Shown in pieces: positions 47,275-54,429 of a stretch of DNA of 64,000 nt. The stretch spans positions 518,945-582,944 of the forward strand of contig JBAZKQ010000001.1 in the NCBI GenBank assembly GCA_041650715.1, in the 5' to 3' direction. How positions within the stretch are numbered: the stretch's first letter is position 1; each line of letters opens with the position of its first letter. The stretch comes from Patescibacteria group bacterium. Lineage in GTDB: Bacteria; Patescibacteriota; Patescibacteriia; Patescibacteriales; UBA12465. A model generated the notes under the pieces. That model was not told the origin of the DNA. It saw nothing but the letters and a program-made list of their open reading frames with translations, and searched no databases. A program made the translations under genes and the position numbers.

Positions 47275-47853
47275 CTACTTTTTGGCCATTTTTTTGAGAG
47301 CTGCCTTGACCCTTTCGCCGCTATCAGTGAGCGCCGGATCTACCAAATTAAAGGCCGCGCGCGCTTCGCTCAAGGAGTAGCCGAGCGACATCAGGGCATC
47401 GATTTCATCGCTCCCGGCCAAGCTCGTCGCATCAAGGCTCATCCCGCCGCTCGTCCGCAAAACTTTAGTTTTTAATTCAAGCACCAGGCGTTCGGCGGTT
47501 TTCTTGCCGATACCGGAAACCTTCGTTAAAAGATTAGCGTCGCCGCGAATAATCGCTTCCTTAATATCATTCGTACTCGCCATCGAAAGTACGCCGAGGG
47601 CGGATTTCGGTCCGACGCCGGAGACGGTTAGTAATAATTCAAATAATTCTAAATCCTCGAGTGTTTTAAAGCCATATAAGTCGCTCGCTTCTTCGCGCAC
47701 TTGATGATGAGTATAGACTTCTGCATCTTCACCCAGCTTCAGCTCGTTTAAAAAATTCTCACCGATAAATACTTGGTAGCCAATATTCGCGACTTCAATA
47801 ATCGCGTAATTAAGTGACTTATTAATTATTTTTCCGTGCAGATAGGCGATCAT
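47275..47853 (-). CDS. ruvA: Holliday junction DNA helicase subunit RuvA
   Basis: MIAYLHGKI...YGF...LFELLLTVSGVGPKSAL...VSGIGKKTAERL, i.e. two HhH motifs. Confidence 0.92.
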   Translation of the reverse strand: MIAYLHGKIINKSLNYAIIEVANIGYQVFIGENFLNELKLGEDAEVYTHHQVREEASDLYGFKTLEDLELFELLLTVSGVGPKSALGVLSMASTNDIKEAIIRGDANLLTKVSGIGKKTAERLVLELKTKVLRTSGGMSLDATSLAGSDEIDALMSLGYSLSEARAAFNLVDPALTDSGERVKAALKKMAKK

Positions 47854-47854
47854 A

Positions 47855-49129
47855 TTATTTAGTATTTATTCTTCTAATGACCGATAGGTCTGGTACATTG
47901 CCAACTTCTTTAGCGAGTTCAATGAAGGCTGTCTGGCTGCCGCCACCGCCGTGTGCTTCGGCGAGCGGAGTTCCCTTTTTTGCATCCCAAAGATTAGCCA
48001 GCTTTATGCTTATTATATCATAACTTGGCCTAATAATCTCCACTGTATCCCCAAGCTTAATCGTATTATGCACCTGGAAATAAACGCGCCTTTTTTTGTC
48101 TTTAGTTAATTCTGTCTTTAATACTTGCCCGCAGAACTCCCAGGCACTCGTATTGTGCGAATTAACAATATTCTGGTCCGCCTTGCCTCCCAAAAGAAAT
48201 CCGGCGGTATAGCCGCGATGCACTAATTTAGTCTCAAGCTCGGCAAGTAAATAATTAAGTTCCGTCTTTAATTTAGCGGGCGTCGTTTTTTTATTAACTG
48301 TATCGAGGGCGCGGCGATAAATTCCGCAGACCGTGGCTTGATAATAGACACTTTTCGCTCGGCCTTCAATTTTAAAACTTGTGATTCCGGCAGCCGCCAA
48401 ATCTTTAAGGTATTTAAGCAAGCATAAATCTTTAGAGTTAAGTAAATAGGTACCATGTTTTTCTTCAACTAGTTCTAATTCTTCATCATGATTACCGGTT
48501 TTTAAAGTCACGTCATACTCCCAGCGGCAGGGCTGAGCGCAATCACCGAGATTTCCGCTCCGGTCGACCATTAATTTAGATAAAAAGCAGCGCCCGGAAT
48601 AAGCCATGCACATCGCACCATGCACAAAATATTCCAATTCAATCTTCGGAACTGCCTTGTGAATTTCTTTAATTTCTTTAAGCGTTACTTCACGGCCTAA
48701 AATTATTCGTTTCAAACCCTGCTTAGCCCAAAATTTAACCGCTTCAAGGTTAGTGCAATTGGCCTGGGTTGATAAATGGATTTCTGCGCTCGGCCAAACT
48801 TTTTTTATAACATGAATAATTCCCGGGTCAGAAACTATCAGCGCATCAACCTTCATCGCTTTTATCGCCTTTAAATAGGCCGGTAATTTCTTAAGATGTT
48901 CATTGTGAGCAAAAATATTTATTGTGACATAGACCTTCTTCTTGAGCTCATGGGCATATTTCACGGCCGCCTTAATTCCCTTGAGGTCGAAATCATTAAT
49001 ACGGACACGCAGCGAAAAGTCAGGAATACCTAAATAGACCGCATCGGCGCCATAGGCGAAGGCAGTTTTCATTTTGAGTTCATTCCCAGCCGGAGCGAGT
49101 AATTCAAATTTTATCATAAGATTAGCCAA
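47855..49129 (-). CDS. Peptidase U32 family protein (YegQ/RlhA-like)
   Basis: ELLAPAGN...AFAYGADAVYLG... and a cysteine-rich middle region. The track start at 49129 is TTG; an ATG at 49117 (MIKFELLAPAG) is the likelier start. Confidence 0.85.
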   Translation of the reverse strand: MANLMIKFELLAPAGNELKMKTAFAYGADAVYLGIPDFSLRVRINDFDLKGIKAAVKYAHELKKKVYVTINIFAHNEHLKKLPAYLKAIKAMKVDALIVSDPGIIHVIKKVWPSAEIHLSTQANCTNLEAVKFWAKQGLKRIILGREVTLKEIKEIHKAVPKIELEYFVHGAMCMAYSGRCFLSKLMVDRSGNLGDCAQPCRWEYDVTLKTGNHDEELELVEEKHGTYLLNSKDLCLLKYLKDLAAAGITSFKIEGRAKSVYYQATVCGIYRRALDTVNKKTTPAKLKTELNYLLAELETKLVHRGYTAGFLLGGKADQNIVNSHNTSAWEFCGQVLKTELTKDKKRRVYFQVHNTIKLGDTVEIIRPSYDIISIKLANLWDAKKGTPLAEAHGGGGSQTAFIELAKEVGNVPDLSVIRRINTK

Positions 49130-49175
49130 ATTTAATTATAATTTATTATAGTATATTTTAGAGTATTAATAAATA

Positions 49176-49204
49176 TTGACAATATTAATAAAATGTGCTA
49201 TATT
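49176..49204 (+). promoter_or_regulatory. Near-consensus extended -10 promoter for the plus-strand orphan gene
   Basis: TTGACA (49176..49181), 17 nt ending in TGc, then TATATT (49199..49204). Confidence 0.55.
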
Positions 49205-49289
49205 TAAGGGTTAACAAATATGTTAATAAAATAGGATCGCAGTGCCGATCTTTAAAAATTAAAGAATCTAACCTAAAAAACCCATACCG

Positions 49290-49787
49290 ATGAAAAAAAT
49301 CATGATTTCCCTTTTAATTGCCTTTGCCGCTATCGCCATGTTTACTCCCCAAGCTTCCGCCGAAAATTCCGTAGTTATTAAAAACGGAGACACGCTTATT
49401 TGCTACACCGTCCATTATCCATATATTACTCCCTTAGAGGAACTGGAAATTGAGAGATTTAAAGACAGTCCCCTCCGCTGGCCAAAAAATATTCCGGTCA
49501 GCACAATGAAAACAAAAATGTATATCGGGATCAACGATAGCATTCTTAGGGCGCTCATGATTCCAAGCGATGTTTGGCATTTATTCAAGGAAAATAAACA
49601 TTATATTTTCGCTCCTAATGCCTACAACATGTTTTCTCTCTCGGAAAGCGATCTAAATAAAGCAGAAAATCGGATTTCCCAACTTGAAGGAAGAGAAAAT
49701 TTTATGTTTGTCATCATTATTATTCTTATACTCGCGGGCTCTTATGGTCGATCGCATTATATGAATAAAAATACAAATAAATCTTAG
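49290..49787 (+). CDS. Orphan secreted, C-terminally anchored protein
   Basis: 165 aa. Signal peptide ends ...TPQASA/EN; C-terminal TM helix FMFVIIIILILAGSYG plus a short polar tail. No family recognised. Confidence 0.6.
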   Translation: MKKIMISLLIAFAAIAMFTPQASAENSVVIKNGDTLICYTVHYPYITPLEELEIERFKDSPLRWPKNIPVSTMKTKMYIGINDSILRALMIPSDVWHLFKENKHYIFAPNAYNMFSLSESDLNKAENRISQLEGRENFMFVIIIILILAGSYGRSHYMNKNTNKS

Positions 49788-49831
49788 AATTAGAAATCTA
49801 AACCTCTTTCTTTCTCTAACCACTCGTCACA

Positions 49832-49871
49832 AAAGCCCCAAGGTACAACCAATGTACTGAGGGGCTTTTTT
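49832..49871. terminator. Bidirectional terminator (orphan gene / ileS convergent)
   Basis: AAGCCCC...GGGGCTT outer stem with an inner GGTAC/GTACT stem, then T6 on plus and T4 on minus. Confidence 0.8.
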
Positions 49872-49899
49872 ACATTCCAAAAATATTGATTTATTTTCT

Positions 49900-52800
49900 T
49901 TAAGACGGCGCCTTCTCTTCCCCTAATTGGTTCTCCTGTTTTATTAACCCCAATGAGAGCTTTACGTCATCAATCTTAATCTCTTTACTCACTAAAACTT
50001 CCGGCATGGCGTCCACGCAATTAATGTCCGCACTCAGCGTGTCTTTCATAATATCGGCTTTCTTATTTAAGAGAGCCGTTTTTAATTCTTCGCCGGCGCC
50101 GACCAGATAAATATTGGTTTCATCATTAATATTTAAATTCCCTTCTTTACGCAGCATATTAACGAATCGAATCAGTTCTCTCTTCAAGCCCTCTTCTTTT
50201 AATTCCGGAGTAATGAATGTGTCGAGCTCAAGTTCAATTTTATCTTCCGCACTCTCGATAAACTCAACTCCCGCGACATTCAATTCATCCTTAAGCAACT
50301 CAATATATTCCGGAGTGATTTCCGTTTTAACTTTAACCGTAATCTTCGCAAGCATCTGGCGAATCTTAATTCCTGCCTCATCGCGCTTCGCGAGACCGAG
50401 CTCGACGATTTTCCGCGTCAGCTCCATATCGGCCAGTAACTTAGTATAATCAGTCTCATCACTCTCCGGCCATTTTTCCAGATGGACCGACGCATTTTTA
50501 TCCTCAAAATTATAAGCACTCATTTTCTGCCAGAGATTTTCGGCAATGAAAGGCATAAAGGGCGCCATTAACTTCGCGAGTTCCGTTAAGACATAGCGCG
50601 TCGTCGCGAGGGCGTTATTCTTATCGGCCTCGTCGTCCGACTTAAAGCGATCACGGCTGCGGCGCAGATACCAAGTCGAAAGCTCGTCGATAAATTCCGG
50701 CAAGCGGCGCGCGGCCTCATAAATATGGTAAGTATTTAAATCAGTCGTGAGCCCCTTAACTAAGACTGAGAATTTCGCGAGAATCCAAAGATCCAAAACG
50801 TTTTGGCTCTCGGGTTTTTCCGCTTCGCTCTTCTCAGACGTCGCGTACATCTCATAGAATTTATAAACATTCCAGAGCAGCATGATATTTTTTCGGAAGA
50901 CATCTTTCACATCATCAAGATCATAGCGCTTCCCTTCGCCGGGCTGATTGATCGTAAACATATGCTGGCGCACGGCGTCTACACCATATTGTGAAATCAC
51001 TTCCCAAGGGCTAATGATATTGCCTTTTGATTTCGACATCTTCTTGCCGAATTTATCATTGATATGACCCAAACAAATTACATTTTTATAGGGCGCACCT
51101 TTGCCGAGAGTAGTCGAAATCGCGAGCAAGGTATAAAACCAACCTCGGGTTTGATCAATCGCTTCGCAAATAAACTCCGCCGGGAATTGCTCGTTCTTGT
51201 CGATTAAGTCGCGATTCTCAAAAGGATAATGATGCTGCGCATAAGGCATAGCGCCGGAGTCGAACCAGCAATCAAAAACTTCTTTGACGCGCTTCATTTT
51301 CCCGCCGCAGTCGGCGCAGGTCATTTCATAAGCATCTATTTCCGGTCGATGAATATCTGATTTAATTGTTACTTTCTGTCCGCTGAGCTCGGCGAGTTCT
51401 TCAACACTGCCGATCACGCGGTGCTTTTGGCATTTCTCGCATTCCCAAATCGGGAGCGGTGTCCCCCAGTAACGTTCGCGCGAAATCGCCCAATCTTTAA
51501 CATTACCAAGCCATTCCCCGAAGCGGCCTTCTTTAATATGTTCCGGAATCCAATTAATCGTTTTATTATTTTCGAGTAGCTCCTCTTTCAAGGTGCTCAT
51601 CGCGATAAACCAGGAGTCTTTCGCATAATACAAAAGGGGCGTATCGCAGCGCCAACAAAAAGGATAATCGTGCTCGTAAATTTCTTCTTTAAATAATATT
51701 TTATTCTCCTTTAAATAATCTAAAATAATTTTTTCCGTGCCTGCGCTTTTAACGAATTTGGCGTTCAGGCCGTAAGCCGATAAATCATTCGTGAAGAGTC
51801 CGCCTTCGTCAACAGTATGCACTTTCGGCAAGCCGACGGCTTCGCCTAAATCATAGTCGTCTTCCCCGTACATCACCGCCGTATGAACGACGCCGGTGCC
51901 GTCGGAAGTGGTGACGAAATTGGCCGGCACGACGCGATAAGCCTTCTTACCGGATTTAATTTCCTCGGCACGAATTGCGGGAATTTCGAATAAGGGTTCA
52001 TATTCTAAATCCAATAAATCAGAACCTTTGGATTCGGAGATTAAATTTACAACCGGCGGAATTTCACCAGCCGCAATAGATCTTACTCCTGAAAATTCCT
52101 TTCCAATTCCTTCGATCGTATTTTCAAAAATACTTTTTGCTAAAATATAGTTAGCACCGACTTCGCCAACTTGTCTATATACTTTGACGTATTCAATATC
52201 CTTCCCGACCGCGAGCGCGACATTACCCGGCAAAGTCCAAGGCGTGGTTGTCCAGGCGAGAATAAAGTCGCCGGGCTTAACGAAATCGTTGCCGACCGTT
52301 ACTTTGAATTTTAAATAAACGGAATTATCTTTCGTTAATTTATAGCCTTGCGCGACTTCGTGGCTCGAGAGTGCGGTGCCGCAACGCGGACAATGCGGGA
52401 CGACTTTATGCCCCTTATAGACCAAGCTTTTCTTATCCATTTCTTTTAATATCCACCACAAACTTTCAATATAAGTATTATCATAAGTGATATAAGGATG
52501 TTCCATATCAACCCAGAAAGCGATGCGGCGCGTTAATTTCTGCCATTCATCCAAATAAACCCAGACACTCTCCTTACATTTTTCATTAAATTCTTTAATC
52601 CCATATTTCTCAATGTCCGGTTTACCGGAAATGCCCAATTGCTTTTCGACTTGAAGCTCAACGGGCAGACCGTGCGTATCCCAGCCGGCCTTACGCTCAA
52701 CCCGAAAACCATTCATGGTTTTAAAGCGCGGCATGACGTCTTTAAAAGCGCGCGCTAAAACGTGGTGGATACCCGGCATGCCGTTAGCGGTCGGCGGTCC

Positions 52801-52980
52801 TTCAAAAAAGACGAAGCTCCCATTAGGCGCTTTCTTATCGATTGATTTTTTAAAAACATCCGCCTGCTCCCAAAAATCCAAAATCGTTTCTTCCATGGCG
52901 ACGAAGGCGTTAGCCGGCGCCGGCTGATTAGCGGAGGTAGTCGGGGGGGTAAAAGCTTTTTTTTCTTTTTTATCTGACAT
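49900..52980 (-). CDS. ileS: Isoleucyl-tRNA synthetase, type 2 (long form)
   Basis: 1026 aa with PPTANGMPGIHHVLARAFKD (HIGH) and KMSKSKGN; the CP1 editing insertion is present. Confidence 0.95.
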   Translation of the reverse strand: MSDKKEKKAFTPPTTSANQPAPANAFVAMEETILDFWEQADVFKKSIDKKAPNGSFVFFEGPPTANGMPGIHHVLARAFKDVMPRFKTMNGFRVERKAGWDTHGLPVELQVEKQLGISGKPDIEKYGIKEFNEKCKESVWVYLDEWQKLTRRIAFWVDMEHPYITYDNTYIESLWWILKEMDKKSLVYKGHKVVPHCPRCGTALSSHEVAQGYKLTKDNSVYLKFKVTVGNDFVKPGDFILAWTTTPWTLPGNVALAVGKDIEYVKVYRQVGEVGANYILAKSIFENTIEGIGKEFSGVRSIAAGEIPPVVNLISESKGSDLLDLEYEPLFEIPAIRAEEIKSGKKAYRVVPANFVTTSDGTGVVHTAVMYGEDDYDLGEAVGLPKVHTVDEGGLFTNDLSAYGLNAKFVKSAGTEKIILDYLKENKILFKEEIYEHDYPFCWRCDTPLLYYAKDSWFIAMSTLKEELLENNKTINWIPEHIKEGRFGEWLGNVKDWAISRERYWGTPLPIWECEKCQKHRVIGSVEELAELSGQKVTIKSDIHRPEIDAYEMTCADCGGKMKRVKEVFDCWFDSGAMPYAQHHYPFENRDLIDKNEQFPAEFICEAIDQTRGWFYTLLAISTTLGKGAPYKNVICLGHINDKFGKKMSKSKGNIISPWEVISQYGVDAVRQHMFTINQPGEGKRYDLDDVKDVFRKNIMLLWNVYKFYEMYATSEKSEAEKPESQNVLDLWILAKFSVLVKGLTTDLNTYHIYEAARRLPEFIDELSTWYLRRSRDRFKSDDEADKNNALATTRYVLTELAKLMAPFMPFIAENLWQKMSAYNFEDKNASVHLEKWPESDETDYTKLLADMELTRKIVELGLAKRDEAGIKIRQMLAKITVKVKTEITPEYIELLKDELNVAGVEFIESAEDKIELELDTFITPELKEEGLKRELIRFVNMLRKEGNLNINDETNIYLVGAGEELKTALLNKKADIMKDTLSADINCVDAMPEVLVSKEIKIDDVKLSLGLIKQENQLGEEKAPS

Positions 52981-52991
52981 ATTTTATTTAA

Positions 52992-53294
52992 TTATTTATT
53001 TTCACTTTCTATAGCGGAAAAATCTCCCTCGCTTTCCGGTAGCTCGCTACTTTCCTTTTCTTCAAGCGCCTTAATTTCGTCTCTAAGCCCCTTAATACTT
53101 ACCATGTTTACGGTGTGTTTATTCGCTAATGCCTCTTTTTCCGCAATTTCAATCTTTTTATAGAGCTCGGCGATCATATGATCAGCCACAGTTTTGCGCG
53201 GCGTTTTTTCTTTTTCTAAAGGCTTCGCCATACCGCTCGCTTCAAAATCCTTAATCAGGTCTGATTGATAATCGGGCATTTTATTGAAAGACAT
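52992..53294 (-). CDS. Hypothetical helical protein
   Basis: 100 aa, K/E-rich with predicted coiled helices; packed tightly between the NDT-like gene and ileS. Confidence 0.5.
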   Translation of the reverse strand: MSFNKMPDYQSDLIKDFEASGMAKPLEKEKTPRKTVADHMIAELYKKIEIAEKEALANKHTVNMVSIKGLRDEIKALEEKESSELPESEGDFSAIESENK

Positions 53295-53314
53295 ATATTT
53301 ATTTTATTTTAAAA

Positions 53315-53707
53315 TTATTTAAGGTAATTTAATAAATCTTCCGGCGTTTTCACCACACCGCTAAATAGTACTTGGCGGCAAATTTCCGGATCACTCGCGT
53401 CGAGAACGTAAATCGGCTTATTCATTGCCACCGCATAGCCAATTTCCATGCTAACGCTTACGCCGGAATAGCCCTCTTCATTATAAACATAAACGACATC
53501 CGCCATTCTCATTTTATAGAAATGGTCATGCGTTAAACCGAGGGCGACAAATTTCTTATCAAAATCTTTAATTTCGTCCCAGTTACCGCCCGAAGCGCGA
53601 TATAAATGCGGTTCAAAAACTACTACGCCTAAGGCTTTTAGCTTTTTCGCAAATTCTCTCATTTGCGGGGCAAAACGATTACTCCCGCATAAAGCGACTG
53701 ATTTCAT
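53315..53707 (-). CDS. Nucleoside 2-deoxyribosyltransferase-like (flavodoxin-fold) protein
   Basis: Start chosen at ATG 53707 (MKSVALCGSNRF...), because the longer ORF would overlap the upstream gene. The family pattern is an N-terminal hhhhGS segment and a C-terminal GVSVSMEIGYAVAMNKPIY with a conserved Glu. Confidence 0.5.
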   Translation of the reverse strand: MKSVALCGSNRFAPQMREFAKKLKALGVVVFEPHLYRASGGNWDEIKDFDKKFVALGLTHDHFYKMRMADVVYVYNEEGYSGVSVSMEIGYAVAMNKPIYVLDASDPEICRQVLFSGVVKTPEDLLNYLK

Positions 53708-53727
53708 AACTTTATATTTAAGAATTT

Positions 53728-53994
53728 TTATTCCAAAGACATGACGACAATTCCCTTTTCGACGAGCTCTTCTTTCGGCCAATATAAATCGTTAATATTA
53801 AAAATATGCGCGTAACTAATTTTCTTTTCCAAGGTTCGTCCGGTATATTCTTTCTTATTTTGATCCCACTCCTCTAATATTATCGTATCGCCGGCCGCGA
53901 CCGCGAAATCATTAAGGCGTAAATCATATTTCTTTCTGCCGGAAGCTAAATCGTCATAAAACCCTAACCAAATTTTTTTGTGAATTGTTGCCAT
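53728..53994 (-). CDS. DUF3850 / ASCH-superfamily (PUA-like fold) protein
   Basis: 88 aa. IHKKIWLGFYDDLASGRKKYDLRLNDFAVAAGDTIILEEWD..EYTGR matches the DUF3850 pattern (HxLK..p.yF..v.sG.KtfE.R.nDR.f.vGD.l.L.E...yTGR). Confidence 0.65.
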   Translation of the reverse strand: MATIHKKIWLGFYDDLASGRKKYDLRLNDFAVAAGDTIILEEWDQNKKEYTGRTLEKKISYAHIFNINDLYWPKEELVEKGIVVMSLE

Positions 53995-54003
53995 ATGTTT
54001 ATT

Positions 54004-54096
54004 TTAACTTTTTTCCTCCCATAAAGATTTATCAGCCAGCACCTGCCAGTTACGGGCTTTAAGATGCGTGTAAACTTTATTTTCCAAATCCTTCAT
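54004..54096 (-). pseudogene. 30-codon ORF, possibly the N-terminal remnant of a MazG-like nucleotide pyrophosphohydrolase
   Basis: My translation is MKDLENKVYTHLKARNWQVLADKSLWEEKS, then a stop. It starts 5 nt after the ASCH gene stop and ends 9 nt before the DUF3850 ATG. LxxKVxxxxKxRxW resembles MazG-like N-termini, but the EExxE catalytic helix is absent. Confidence 0.3.
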
Positions 54097-54101
54097 ATTT
54101 T

Positions 54102-54425
54102 TTATAAAAGTTTAAAGTCAATCATTTTTATAACAGTATCCCAATTAACTTTTTCACCATAAAAAGTTTTATAATTATCAAGCATATCTTGTCTGCTTTC
54201 AAATTTTTCATGACCAATAAAATCGACTTCACCAACGTCGGCTAATTTTTTCTCTCTTACTTTTATAATTTCCGCTTCAGCAAATTTTTCTTTTGATTCC
54301 CAAACTAATAACGCTACCTTATCGCCAACGCTTAAATCTTTATCATCAAAAATTCTCCAAGTTGCAGTTTTGGTTCCAGAGATAATCTCGTCCGATAGGC
54401 TTTGCCTGAACTTAAGAGTTTTCAT
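54102..54425 (-). CDS. ASCH domain protein
   Basis: Start chosen at ATG 54425 (MKTLKFRQSLSDEIISGTKTATWRIFDD..VGDKVALL), 4 nt after the secA stop. It shows the G.KT.T.R ASCH signature. This gene is AT-rich and CpG-poor. Confidence 0.75.
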   Translation of the reverse strand: MKTLKFRQSLSDEIISGTKTATWRIFDDKDLSVGDKVALLVWESKEKFAEAEIIKVREKKLADVGEVDFIGHEKFESRQDMLDNYKTFYGEKVNWDTVIKMIDFKLL

Positions 54426-54429
54426 ATTC

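Noticed and set aside
49220-49234. A 4-codon uORF (ATG TTA ATA AAA TAG) in the leader of the orphan gene.
   Set aside because: An ORF this short is expected by chance in such AT-rich sequence, and there is no supporting signal.
53708-53782. An N-terminal extension of the NDT-like ORF (MAERRARRKGN...) overlapping the DUF3850 gene.
   Set aside because: It overlaps the upstream CDS by 55 nt, and the family-typical N-terminus (MKSVALCGS) begins at the internal ATG at 53707.
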